64,000 bases of DNA, from the NCBI GenBank assembly GCA_963713045.1, contig CAVQKE010000004.1:704001-768000 (forward strand). The letters run 5' to 3'. The position numbers and the translations under genes are program-made. Positions 41,690-52,800 of the stretch are shown here, one piece after another. Within the stretch, counting starts at the first letter, position 1, and every line of letters starts with the position of its first letter. Under the pieces are notes generated by a model. It was not told the DNA's origin. It searched no databases and saw only the letters and a list, made by a program, of their open reading frames with translations. Source of the DNA: an uncultured delta proteobacterium. GTDB lineage: Bacteria; Myxococcota; Myxococcia; Myxococcales; Myxococcaceae.

Positions 41690-42328
41690 CCCCAAGCCGG
41701 GAATTCCCCGCCAAAAGGGGGATGGCGGTGAAGGTCAGCTGGCTGCGCTCGGCGGCTTGGAAGCCGGGTGGTGCCTTTCGGCCCCTCCTTTCGGTTCCTC
41801 TTGCGCCAGGGCACCTCGTCCGGTAGGTGTTGAATCGGTGCCAAATCGCTGCGTCTGACGAGTGTTCAGGGGAAGCTGGTTGCCATCGACCCGAGGTTTC
41901 CCCATCCCCCGCAGGCGGCCGGAAGTGCTTGGGAGCGAGGCGACCGTCCCGAGAGGTGAAGGACCGGTATGCCCACTGCCAATCGCTATCGGCGGACACC
42001 GGCCCAGCCTAACCAAGTCAAGCCAAGGGTTTGAAACCCTGCACGCCCTGGCCGCACCGTTGGCAGACCGGCCAAGGCGAACGTCGGCCTGTGATGTCTT
42101 TATTCCGGAGCCGGGTCCGCGGCCACCCGAACGCCAGCACGGGCCTCGGAATGGCGAAGCACGAAAAAGCAATGGTATGAGCCCGGCGCCCTGTCTATCT
42201 CAGCATCAAGAAGGTGGCCCGAATCGCGACTTCGACGCGCCAAAGGGCTTGCAAGGCACTCATTCAAGGACTCCGCCGTCCGAGACCACCGACCGGGACG
42301 ACTTGCTGCCACTGCCTAAGAGAGCCGA

Positions 42329-43876
42329 ATGATACCTGCAGCAAAACTTCGTTTGTCGCCGCAGGAGGCGATTGCCCCGCCGGCCATTGCCCTGCCCGAA
42401 TCCCTACGTCGCTGGAGCGTCCGCACCGCGGTTCTCATCGCCGGGGCGACACTGGTTCGCCTGCTTTTCATCTCGACCACCGGAATCGCGAATGGCGAGG
42501 CCTACTACTACGTCTGGTCGCGCTTTCCAGCGCTGAGCTACTACGACCATCCACCGCTCATCGCTTGGCTGACGTGGGCGACGACCCAGTTCTCGCACAG
42601 TTCCTTCGCCATCCGCTTTGGGCCGGTTCTCTACGCCACGGTCTTTGGCTTCTTGGTGTACCGACTGGCAGAGCGCCTCTTCTCCCCACGCGCGGGCTTC
42701 ATCGCGGTGGCCATCGTCACGGCGATGCCCATCTTTCTCGTCTCGAACTTCGTTCTCAACCCGGAGAGCCCCCTGGCCCCCCTCTGGGTGCTGGGCCTGC
42801 TCCTCATTGAGGGGATGCGGGAGCATGACGAGCCCTGGCGTCCGCTGGCCGCTGGACTGGTGGTGGGTCTCGCCTTTCTTGCCAAGTACTCGGGCGTCAT
42901 CTTAGCGGCGGTGGCCCTCCTCTATGTCGTAGCGTCGCCCCGGGCACGACGTTGGCTCAGGCGCCCTTCGTTCTACCTGGCCGGGCTGGTTTCTCTCGTG
43001 GTCGCGCTGCCGGTGGTGGTGTGGAACTACCAGCGGCAGTGGCCGACGTTGGTCCTTCACCTCGTCGAGCGAACGGGGCCAGCCGACGTTGCCACGTGGT
43101 CGAGCAACGCCTACCACGCCATCCTCGGGCAGTTTGGTCCCTTCCACCCCCTCATGTTCCCGGGTCTGCTGGTGGTGCTGGCAATAAGTATTGCCCGCTC
43201 CCGGACCGACGACCGCTACCGATTTCTGGCCCTCTCGAGTTGGCCGGTGCTGCTCTTCTTCCTGGCGATGATGGTCCGGGTCCGCAATCCAGAGCACCAT
43301 TGGACGATGGTGGGATACATCCCACTGGCCCTGGCCGCCGGTGGCCTTCTCGACGAGGTGCTCGACCACCCTCCCCGGGCACTCCGGGTTTACATCACCG
43401 CCTGCATCGGCGTCAGCCTGGCCATCATCGTTGGCCTCTATACCTACTCACAGACGCGTGCCGTGCGCCGTTTCATCCCCGCCTCGATGTACGACGCGAA
43501 CCGCGACTTCTTCAATGAAATGACTGGTTGGACCGAGCTCAAGGAAGTGGTGGATAGCAGCGCCGCGGCTCTCGGCCCTGACACCGTGGTGGCGAGCTGT
43601 CAGTACGCTCTGTGCGCTCACATCCTCACCGCACTCGACGACCGCCCGAAGGTCTACTGCCCGAGCTTCCGACGCACTGAGTTCAACTTCATCGACAGGC
43701 GGGATCCCCCCAAGAATGTCCCGGTCCTTTACATCACCGACGACCACTATCACGACGACCCGGCGCAGCTGATGCCTGAGCACAACTGCCAACCGCTAAG
43801 GGTGCTGAACATCGAGCGCGATGGGGTCTTGCTGCAGAATTACCGATTCTGGACGTGCCTACCCACGGGGCAGTGA
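42329..43876 (+). CDS. GT-C glycosyltransferase (GT39/ArnT/PMT-like)
   Basis: EAYYYVWS, YYDHPPLIAW, GLAFLAKY, PVVVWN, HWTMVGY; multiple TMs. Confidence 0.9.
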   Translation: MIPAAKLRLSPQEAIAPPAIALPESLRRWSVRTAVLIAGATLVRLLFISTTGIANGEAYYYVWSRFPALSYYDHPPLIAWLTWATTQFSHSSFAIRFGPVLYATVFGFLVYRLAERLFSPRAGFIAVAIVTAMPIFLVSNFVLNPESPLAPLWVLGLLLIEGMREHDEPWRPLAAGLVVGLAFLAKYSGVILAAVALLYVVASPRARRWLRRPSFYLAGLVSLVVALPVVVWNYQRQWPTLVLHLVERTGPADVATWSSNAYHAILGQFGPFHPLMFPGLLVVLAISIARSRTDDRYRFLALSSWPVLLFFLAMMVRVRNPEHHWTMVGYIPLALAAGGLLDEVLDHPPRALRVYITACIGVSLAIIVGLYTYSQTRAVRRFIPASMYDANRDFFNEMTGWTELKEVVDSSAAALGPDTVVASCQYALCAHILTALDDRPKVYCPSFRRTEFNFIDRRDPPKNVPVLYITDDHYHDDPAQLMPEHNCQPLRVLNIERDGVLLQNYRFWTCLPTGQ

Positions 43877-46420
43877 GTGAACGAGCAGGCCCCCACCTCC
43901 AGCTATGAGACTCGGGCAAGGCCGGCTTCAGTGACCTTCCGGTCTCTGCTGGGACGGGGCTTGAACCGCCTCGTCGAGTGGCAGATTCAAAGGCCACTGT
44001 CGCTGTTGTTGGTCATCGCCATGGTGACGGCGGTGTCGCTTGGACTGGCCAGCCGGTTGAAGCTCCTCACCGACTTCGACATGCTGCTCCCCAACTCGCG
44101 CCCCAGCGTTCAAGAGCTTCACCGGGTCGCCTCGAGAACTTCGAGTTTGTCGACCATCTTCGTCGTGCTCGAAGGCCAGGACCCGGCAGGACTCCGGCGA
44201 GCTGCGGACGCACTGGTCTCCCCGCTCCAGCAGCTCGGACCACCTTGGGTGGGACACATCGAGACCGGTGTCCAGGATGCGGTCAACTTCCTCAAGCCTC
44301 GCACCGGTCTGTTTACCGACCTCAAGACGCTGAAGAAGCTTCGTGACGAGGTCGAGGCCCGCTATTCGTACGAAGTCGAGAAGCGGAGCGGCTTGTCCTT
44401 GGGCCTGGACGACAGCCCGCCGCCGCCGATTGACCCCGACTCGGTCAGAGCCCGCTTTGGTGTCAAGACGGCTGACGAGAAGCGGTTTCCGGGTGGGTAC
44501 TACCAAAGCGCAGACGGCAAGACGGTGGTCATTGCCATCCGCAGCGGCGTGCTGGGTGCCGACTTCAAGCACGCCGAGGAGGCCATCGCCAAAGTTGGCG
44601 CGGTCGTCGCCCGCGTCAACCCCAAGAAGTTCGACCCGACCGCGCGTTGGGGCCTGACCGGCGACCTCGCGATTGGCCTCGCCGAGTACAAGCTCATCAA
44701 TCGCGACTTGACCGCCATCGGCCTGGTCGGCGCGGTTCTGATTCTGAGTGTGGTGTTTCTTTATTATTTACGAATCCGAACCGTTTTTGCCATGGCGCTC
44801 GCCATCGGCATCGGGCTGTCGTGGACCTTTGGGCTCACCGAAATCATCTTCGGGCATTTGAACCTGGCGACGGGGTTTCTCTTCACCATCATCGGCGGTA
44901 ACGGCATCAACTTTTCGATTCTGTACATGGCTCGCTACTTGGAGGAGCGACGGCGGGGGGAGCTCGCCGCCGGGGCCCTCGTGAAGGCGGCTCAGCACAC
45001 GTGGCGGCCAACCTTGACCGCGGCCGCGGCTGCCTCCGCCGCCTACGGAGCATTGGTCGTTACCGAGTTCAACGGCTTCCGGGAATTCGGCTGGATTGGT
45101 GGCCTCGGCATGTTGATTTGCTGGACAGCGACCTACCTTGCCCTGCCCTCCATACTGATGCTGATGGAGCGGCTGGTTCCGCTCGATTTCTCACCGCCGA
45201 AATATCTGCGGCGCATTGTCCGCGCCACGGCCGAGGGCATTCCCTTCGGTCGGCCCTTTGCCAGCCTCGTCGCTCGGGCGCCGCGGTTGATTACCGTCGC
45301 GGGCGTTCTGCTCGCCGTGGCCGGTGCCATTCTGAGTGTCCACTACATCCGTTCTGACCCGATGGAATACGACACCAACAAGATTCAAAGCGACCGGCGG
45401 GCTGTGGCCGAAGTGCATCGGCTCATCCACCTGGCCATCAACATCACCGGTTTCATCGGCCTCGACGGCATGGCGATTATGACCGACCGGCTTGACCAGG
45501 TCGCTCCCTTGAAGACCGCACTGAATGCGCGCCGAGACGCCGCGCCTCCAGACGCTAAGCCCTTCAAGGACGTCCATGCACTCCAAGACTTCGTCCCCCA
45601 GGACCAGCAGGCCAAGATTCCCATCCTGATGCAGCTGAAGCGGCGAATTGCGAAGGCCCATCAAATGGGCTTCGTCAAGGACTGGGACAACATTGAGCCC
45701 TATCTACCGCCGGATGACTTGAAGCCCTTTGGAATGGCTGACTTGCCCGAGGCAATCGCTCGGCCGTTTACCGAAAAGGACGGAACCCGCGGGCGGATTG
45801 TCTACATCAGCCCGCTGGACGGCGACGTCACGTCCGACGCCCATTACCTGTTGCGCTGGGCGGACGCCTACCGAAGCACCGTCCTTCCCGACGGAAGCGA
45901 AATCCGAGGCTCCGGACGGGCAGTCATTTACGCCGACATGTGGAACGCCGTCTTGGCGGACGTGCCTTTGGCGGTGGTCGTTTCGTTCCTCGCCACCCTC
46001 GCCATCGTCGCGCTGGCCTTCCGCGACCGCCGTTCGACGGTCAGGGTCATTCTCTCCTTGCTGGTGGGAGTGTGCTGGACCGTGGGCTTACTTGCCCTAC
46101 TCAAAGTCAAACTGAACTTCCTCAACTTCATTGCACTGCCGGTCACCTTCGGCATCGGTGTCGACTACGCGGTCAACATCGTCCAGCGGGACCTGGACCT
46201 GAATGACCCACTCGAGGTGTTGAGGCGGACGGGCGGTGCTGTGGTGCTTTGTAGCCTGACGACGTTGTTGGGTTACCTGGCACTCGTCCGCTCTGTGAAT
46301 TTCGCGGTCAGAAGCTTGGGCACTGCCGCGGTCATCGGCGAGATTTCTTGTCTCCTCGCTGCCGTTTTGGTTCTGCCCGCGGCGCTCATCTGGCTGCGGT
46401 CGCGGCGCGCCGCGGCGTAG
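43877..46420 (+). CDS. MMPL/RND family lipid transporter 2
   Basis: Paralog of 36794-39283: GNGIN, FNGFREFG, PVTFGIGVDY, TTLLGY. Confidence 0.92.
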   Translation: MNEQAPTSSYETRARPASVTFRSLLGRGLNRLVEWQIQRPLSLLLVIAMVTAVSLGLASRLKLLTDFDMLLPNSRPSVQELHRVASRTSSLSTIFVVLEGQDPAGLRRAADALVSPLQQLGPPWVGHIETGVQDAVNFLKPRTGLFTDLKTLKKLRDEVEARYSYEVEKRSGLSLGLDDSPPPPIDPDSVRARFGVKTADEKRFPGGYYQSADGKTVVIAIRSGVLGADFKHAEEAIAKVGAVVARVNPKKFDPTARWGLTGDLAIGLAEYKLINRDLTAIGLVGAVLILSVVFLYYLRIRTVFAMALAIGIGLSWTFGLTEIIFGHLNLATGFLFTIIGGNGINFSILYMARYLEERRRGELAAGALVKAAQHTWRPTLTAAAAASAAYGALVVTEFNGFREFGWIGGLGMLICWTATYLALPSILMLMERLVPLDFSPPKYLRRIVRATAEGIPFGRPFASLVARAPRLITVAGVLLAVAGAILSVHYIRSDPMEYDTNKIQSDRRAVAEVHRLIHLAINITGFIGLDGMAIMTDRLDQVAPLKTALNARRDAAPPDAKPFKDVHALQDFVPQDQQAKIPILMQLKRRIAKAHQMGFVKDWDNIEPYLPPDDLKPFGMADLPEAIARPFTEKDGTRGRIVYISPLDGDVTSDAHYLLRWADAYRSTVLPDGSEIRGSGRAVIYADMWNAVLADVPLAVVVSFLATLAIVALAFRDRRSTVRVILSLLVGVCWTVGLLALLKVKLNFLNFIALPVTFGIGVDYAVNIVQRDLDLNDPLEVLRRTGGAVVLCSLTTLLGYLALVRSVNFAVRSLGTAAVIGEISCLLAAVLVLPAALIWLRSRRAAA

Positions 46421-46465
46421 GCAACCTCTCTGGATTCACGTCCGCCGGCCCGCGAGGGCGTCCCG

Positions 46466-46753
46466 TCACAACGCCTGCCATTGGTCACGATGCATCTGGA
46501 CCCACCAGCACGGTGGAAGCGCTTGATGGGGAAGGACGGAGCGAACGCAGGGCTGCTCCGTGGTGTCGACGTAGTCGTACTCGGTGCGATTTCCCTTGAG
46601 CGGGGTGGCCATAAACTGCCTCACCTCAACCGACGCTAGGCCCGTGCCGTGCGCAACTCGGAATTGGAAAAGCGCCCAGTCCGCGACGCAGAAGACCAAC
46701 ACGACCGCCACAGCGAGTGCAGAGGCGCGACCGGCCCAGGGTGGAAAACGCAT
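46466..46753 (-). CDS. Small hypothetical membrane/exported protein
   Basis: N-terminal hydrophobic segment, PCVRSVLPH..PPCWW; AGGA upstream. Confidence 0.65.
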   Translation of the reverse strand: MRFPPWAGRASALAVAVVLVFCVADWALFQFRVAHGTGLASVEVRQFMATPLKGNRTEYDYVDTTEQPCVRSVLPHQALPPCWWVQMHRDQWQAL

Positions 46754-47156
46754 CGGGTCACATTCCTAGTCCAACGTTGAGGGAATGAGCCATTCGGGCA
46801 AAAGCGAAGAAGGCTGAGATTTGCCATGCGCGCATCAGTCATCCCGGCACCAACCCCCGTCCCGCGTTCACCCCGCCTGCCCCAGCCCATCGTCAGACGC
46901 CCCTGAGGCTCTGTCGAAAACGCTTGCGCCAAGTTGCTCTCGGCTACCGGTTAGGTGCCTAGCCCTGCACTTGCCGGCACCGAGGGGTACGAGCGGACCC
47001 CCTGGCCGTGGCCCCGGAGCAGTAAACTCCGGGGCGAGACAAGGCTTGAGACCGCTTCTCAGCTGAGAAGCGACGCTCCCAAGGCCAGCAGCGATGTTGG
47101 TTGCCTTTTGTTTCGACGTTCACGTGGTTTCGGATGCGGTACGGACGGGCCAGGCC

Positions 47157-48449
47157 ATGAGAAAGCTGCACCTCCTCACAGCGCTCGCAGCGTCGACACT
47201 GGTCGCTTGCCCCGAAAACACAGCCCCCACCGTGTCTCCCCCCTCCATCGTCAGTTTCACGGCCACTCCGACGACTTTGCCGCCGGGGGGAGGCGCGGTC
47301 ACGCTGTCCTGGCAGGTGACAGGGGCAACTGGGTTGAGCATCAGCGGTGACGTAGGAATGGTAAGCCCCGTCACGTCGGGCAACTTGACGACCGCGATTG
47401 GTGCCTCCACGACATTCACTCTCACAGCGACGAATGCCGCGGGGACAACCACCGCGACCGCGACGGTGACCGTGGCAGCCACCACCGTCGGACCAACCAT
47501 CAACAATTTTACCGCCAGCCCGGCCAGCCTGCCGGCTGCGGGAGGTCCGGTCACGCTCGCCTGGGATGTCACCGGCGCAACGCTGTTAAGCGTCAACGGG
47601 ACACCTGTGACTCCCGTCACATCTGGCACGACAACAGAGACTCTGCCTCAAAACACCGGCACCACAGCCCTGACTGCCACGTTTACCTTGTCTGCAACCA
47701 ATGCCATGGGGACCAATAGCAGCAGTGCGGCGGTCACCGTCGCAGGAGTCACGACTGCGCCCACCATCAACAGCTTCACCGTTGCTCCGGAGGCATTGCC
47801 CGACGCGGGAGGCAGCATCACCTTCATGTGGAATGTCACCGGCGCAGCGACGGTGAGTATTGGTGCGCAAAACGTAAGCCCAGTGACGTCGGGCAGCCTG
47901 GAAACCATGGCAGCGTCGAGCAATGTCTATGCCCTGAGCGCGACCAACGTCATCGGGAGGAGGTTCGCGAACGCGACCGTCACCGTCGGCGGAGACGACG
48001 CCCCGGAATTCGTCGGGATGTACTCAGGAAGCTGGGGCTATCAGCAGAACGGTGCCATTGTCGCGCCCCCAGGCTCGAACGCCGTCAACTCCGTCACCAT
48101 TACCGAGGTCAGCGCGAACGTCATCCAGGGCGTGTCACCCGCCGACATCGATTTCGACATCTCCGGGACGTACTCCAGTTTCTCGTGCACTGGAGCTGAA
48201 ATCGACAGCGTGACCCCCAACCTCATCATCCAGACGGCGTTGGACGGCGGAGTCGTCTGCCAAGTCACCGGCGACGCAAACTGCGGTTCTTATACGCTCA
48301 CGGGGACAGCGGCCTACGGGACAGCCCAATTTGACAACCTTTTCCCAAATGATCCCTTGGTCATCGTTCAGAGCTATGTCATCTCTGCAGCAACAGTCAC
48401 GTCCTGCAACGGGATGCAGGTGAGCTTGGCGTTCGCAGTCAGCCGGTAG
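47157..48449 (+). CDS. Thr-rich lipoprotein with three Ig-like repeats
   Basis: Lipobox LVAC; repeat P(S/T)IxxFTxxP..LP..GG..T..W.VTGA occurs three times. Confidence 0.85.
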   Translation: MRKLHLLTALAASTLVACPENTAPTVSPPSIVSFTATPTTLPPGGGAVTLSWQVTGATGLSISGDVGMVSPVTSGNLTTAIGASTTFTLTATNAAGTTTATATVTVAATTVGPTINNFTASPASLPAAGGPVTLAWDVTGATLLSVNGTPVTPVTSGTTTETLPQNTGTTALTATFTLSATNAMGTNSSSAAVTVAGVTTAPTINSFTVAPEALPDAGGSITFMWNVTGAATVSIGAQNVSPVTSGSLETMAASSNVYALSATNVIGRRFANATVTVGGDDAPEFVGMYSGSWGYQQNGAIVAPPGSNAVNSVTITEVSANVIQGVSPADIDFDISGTYSSFSCTGAEIDSVTPNLIIQTALDGGVVCQVTGDANCGSYTLTGTAAYGTAQFDNLFPNDPLVIVQSYVISAATVTSCNGMQVSLAFAVSR

Positions 48450-48678
48450 ACTGGGAGACTGGTGCCGAGGAGCTGGCGCTCGGCGCGGCCCCGGCAGACC
48501 CTCTTGGACCCATGTTTCTCGCGCCGCCCGACGGCCCAGGCCCTACCATCGCGTACCAGTCGCTCGCTCGCTTGCCATGAGCCTTGAATTTTCGGCTGCT
48601 TGTAGCGACCCTGCGACGAATGGTGGAAGCTGCGGCTCTTGTGGAGTCATCGCCCCGCCTGGGGTGAGGAGGGGTGGC

Positions 48679-49866
48679 ATGCAACTCCGTGCGCGCACAG
48701 CGACGTGTCTGACGGCGGCGGCGGCCGCGGCGGTGCTGGGCTGCGGCGGGAAACAGCTGCCCCCTCCTCCGCCACCCACCGTCCTCGTCGCACCGGTGGT
48801 GAAGGAAGACGTGAGCGTCTACTCGGAATTCGTCGGTACGGTGAACGGCTACCTCAACGTGGACATTCGCGCGCGGGTGGCGGGCTTCCTTCAGTCCCAG
48901 GACTACAGGAATGGCGCGTACGTGAAGGCCGGATCGCTGCTTTTCACCATCGACCCGTCCCAGTACCAGTCCCAGGTGCTTCAAGCCCAAGGAGACCTTG
49001 CCCAGGCCCAGGCGCTCCTCTCGCGTGCCAACATCACCGTCCAGCGCTACCGTCCGCTCGCCGCGAAGCAGGCCATCAGCCAACAGGACTTGGACAATGC
49101 CATCGCCGCACAGCAGTCGGCGACGGGCCAAGTAGAGGCCGGTAAGGCCGCCCTCGAGCAAGCCAAGCTGAATCTCGGGTATACCCGAATCACGTCACCG
49201 GTCGACGGCATCGTCGGGACGGCGCAAGTCAACATCGGCAGCCTGGTCGGGCAGGGCGTGCCCACACTGCTCACCACCGTGTCCCAGGTGGAGCCCGCCA
49301 AGGTCATCTTCAACCTCTCCGAAGCCGACTACTTGCGCTACGCGGAGACCGTCCGGCAAGCCATGGGCCGGGGCAATCCCGGCGAGATGAACAAGCGCCT
49401 CGCAGACATGCAGGACGGGGGCACCAACGGCCTTCAGCTCATCCTTGCCGACAACAGCACCTATCCCTACCGGGGCTTCGTGGTTTCCATGCAGCGCCAG
49501 GTGGAGACCACCACCGGCACCCTCCAAGTGGAGGCCGTCTTCCCCAACCCCAACCTGCTCCTCCGGCCCGGACAGTACGCACGCGTCCGTGGCGTCCTTC
49601 CTGGCCAGGCCGGGAGCAAGGTCCTTGTTCCGCAAGCGGCGGTGAGCGAGCTCCAGGGTGCTTTCTCGGTCGCCGTCGTCACGCCCGACGACAAGGTGCA
49701 AATCCGCTCGGTGGAAGTCGGGCCACGCCTCGGAACGCGGTGGATTATTGCCTCCGGCCTCAACCCAGGCGAGCGGGTCATCGTGGAAGGACTCCAAAAG
49801 GTCACCGACGGCATGCTGGTCAAGCCGGAACCCGCCCCGACCCCGCAGGCAGAGACGGATCGCTAG
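48679..49866 (+). CDS. RND efflux periplasmic adaptor subunit
   Basis: Lipobox VLGC, IRARVAG, ITSPVDG, LLRPGQY, GLNPGERVIVEG. Confidence 0.95.
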   Translation: MQLRARTATCLTAAAAAAVLGCGGKQLPPPPPPTVLVAPVVKEDVSVYSEFVGTVNGYLNVDIRARVAGFLQSQDYRNGAYVKAGSLLFTIDPSQYQSQVLQAQGDLAQAQALLSRANITVQRYRPLAAKQAISQQDLDNAIAAQQSATGQVEAGKAALEQAKLNLGYTRITSPVDGIVGTAQVNIGSLVGQGVPTLLTTVSQVEPAKVIFNLSEADYLRYAETVRQAMGRGNPGEMNKRLADMQDGGTNGLQLILADNSTYPYRGFVVSMQRQVETTTGTLQVEAVFPNPNLLLRPGQYARVRGVLPGQAGSKVLVPQAAVSELQGAFSVAVVTPDDKVQIRSVEVGPRLGTRWIIASGLNPGERVIVEGLQKVTDGMLVKPEPAPTPQAETDR

Positions 49867-49893
49867 CTCGAGCACGCAGCCGGAGACGCTACC

Positions 49894-52800
49894 ATGTCTG
49901 CATTCTTCATCCGGCGACCGATTGTGGCGATTGTCATCGCCATCGTCACGGTCATCGCTGGCATCGTCGCGGTGACCAAGCTACCCATCGCCCTGTTTCC
50001 CAACATCGTCCCGCCGCAGATTCAGGTGACCACGACGTACACCGGTGCCGACGCCATCACCGTCGAGCAGTCCGTCGCGACGCCCATCGAGCAGCAGATG
50101 AACGGCGTCCAGAACATGCTGTACCTGCAGTCCACCAACGGGAGCGACGGCACCGAGACGATGGTGGTGACGTTCGCGGTGGGCTCGAACATCGACATCG
50201 ACAACGTGCTGGCGCAAAACCGCTACTCGCAGGCGCAGTCCAGCCTACCCCAACCGGTGCTCAACTACGGCGTCACCATCCAGCCCTCCTACTCGTTCCC
50301 GCTCGTCATCGTTTCCCTCTTCTCGCCAGACAACCGCTACGACCAGACGTTCCTCGGCAACTACGCCACCATCAACATCGTCGACGCCCTGAAGCGCATC
50401 CCGGGCGTGGGCAATGTCGTCCTCTACGGTTCGTCCAACTACGCAATGCGCATCTGGGTGAACCCGGACCTGCTCACCCGCCTCAACCTTTCGGTGACTG
50501 ACCTCACCGACGCGGTGAAGCGGCAGAACGTGGTGAATCCATCCGGACAAATCGGTGCCGAGCCGGCTCCGCCGGGGCAACAGTTCACTTACACGGTGCG
50601 CGCACCGGGACGCCTGGTGACAGCCGAAGACTTTGGCAACGTCATCGTCCGCCTGAATCCGGATGGCTCGACGGTCCGTCTCAAGGACGTGTCCCGCATC
50701 GAGCTGGGTTCGCTGATCTACTCGCAGGAGGGTCGGTACAAGGGCCAGCCGGCAGGGGTCATCGCGGTCCAGCAAGCGCCGGGCTCCAACGCCCTCGATG
50801 TCGCGGCTGGGGTTGAGAAGACGTTCGCCGAGCTCAAGAAGAAGTTCCCCCCAGGTATGGACTACGACGTCTCGCTGGATACGACACTCCAAATCAGCGA
50901 GGGGATGCACGACATCGTCAAGACACTCTACGAGGCGATGGCGCTGGTCATCATCGTCGTCTTCATCTTCCTGCAGTCCTGGCGCGCCACTCTCATCCCG
51001 ATGATTGCCGTGCCGGTCTCACTGGTGGGCACCTTCGCCGTGTTCCCCATCCTCGGCTTCACGGTCAATACACTGTCACTCCTGGGCCTGGTGCTGGCCA
51101 TCGGTCTGGTGGTGGATGACGCCATCGTGGTGGTGGAGGCAGTGGAGCACCACATCGAGAAGGGGATGACGCCGCGAGATGCCGCCTTCAAGGCAATGGA
51201 AGAGGTGTCGGGGCCAGTGGTGGGCATGTCGCTCGTTCTGTCGGCAGTCTTCATCCCGACCGTCTTCCTCGCTGGCATCACCGGCCGGCTCTACCAGCAG
51301 TTCGCCGTTACAATCGCCGTCTCCGTTCTCATCTCCGCCTTCAACGCACTGACGTTGAGCCCGGCACTGAGCGCGATGTGGCTCCGCCCCAAGAAGGCGC
51401 AGAAGGGCGTGCTGGGGAGGCTGGGCGACCGCTTCAACCGATGGTTCGGGCGGGTCACGGACGGCTACGGCAAGTTGTCGGCGACCCTCATCCGCAAAAT
51501 GGCGATCCCGCTCGGGTTGCTGGTGGCCGTGACCGTGCTCGACGGCGTCGTCGGCAAAGGGCTGCCAGGTGGCTTCGTCCCCCAGGAAGACCAGGGGTTC
51601 GCGGTGGTTTCCTTCCAGCTTCCCAACGCGGCATCGCTCCAGCGGACGAGGGAGGTGGGGAAGAAAGTCGAGGACATTCTCAGCAAGACGCCGGGCGTCC
51701 GCAGCTACAACCTCATCAACGGCCTCAACCTCATCTCTGCCAACTCGGCCAGCTACGTGGGCACGGCCTTCGTCTCCTTCAAGAACTGGGAGGAGCGCAA
51801 AACGGCCGAGGAGCGCGCCGATGGCATCCTGCGGCGCCTCAACGCGGCGTTCGCCAGCATTCCCGAGGCGCGTGTGATTGCATTCCCGCCGCCGGCGATC
51901 CCTGGCATCGGTACCGCCGGCGGCTTTGACGTCATGGTGCAGGACCGCTCCGGCGGCGGCAATGAGAGGTTTCTCACCGAAAACGTTGCGAAGCTTGTAG
52001 CGGCCCTCAACAAGCGACCGGAAATTGCCGGCGTCCTTCCCAACTTCGCCCCAGCCGTGCCGCAGCTCTTCGTGAATGTCGACAAGGACAAGGTCCTCAA
52101 ACAGGGCATCCAGCTGACCAGCGTCTACGACACGCTGCAGGCCTTTCTCGGCGGTACGTACATCAACCAGTTTAACCGTTTCGGGCGAACGTGGAACGTC
52201 TACCTGCAGGCCGAAGCACCGTACCGGCTGGAGCCCAAGGACCTTGAGAGCTTCTACGTTCGGAATAACTCCGGCCAGATGGTGCCCCTGTCCACCTTGG
52301 TCACGGTCGAGAGCATCAGCGGCCCCCAGTTCACCGTCCGTTTCAACCTCTTCCGCTCGGCCGAGCTCCTCGGCAGCGCGAGGCCAGGTTTTAGCTCGGG
52401 ACAGCTGATGAAGGCCGTCGAGGAGACAGCCAAGCAGGTGCTTCCGGCCGGAATGGACATCGCTTGGACCAACATGTCCTACCAGGAGAAGGCCGCCGAG
52501 GGCGGGGCGTCGGTGGTCTTCATCCTCAGCCTGGTCTTCGTTTTTCTCATCCTCGCGGCGCTCTACGAGAGCTGGTCGCTTCCCTTCAGCGTGCTGCTGT
52601 CGACGCCGGTCGCAATTCTCGGTGCCTTTGCTGGCCTCCTCATCCGGAGGTTCGACTTCGACGTCTATGGGCAGATTGGCCTCATCATGCTCATCGGCCT
52701 GGCGGCAAAAAACGCCATCCTGATTGTAGAGTTCTCCAAGGCCGAGATGGATAAAGGCCGGCCCATGATCGACGCGGCTCTGGAGGGAGCCAAGCTCCGG

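Noticed and set aside
41690..42328. 640-bp intergenic gap as a possible ncRNA or gene remnant (LRGMGKP on the minus strand)
   Set aside because: Only short stems and a weak peptide resemblance; no recognisable RNA family or coherent reading frame
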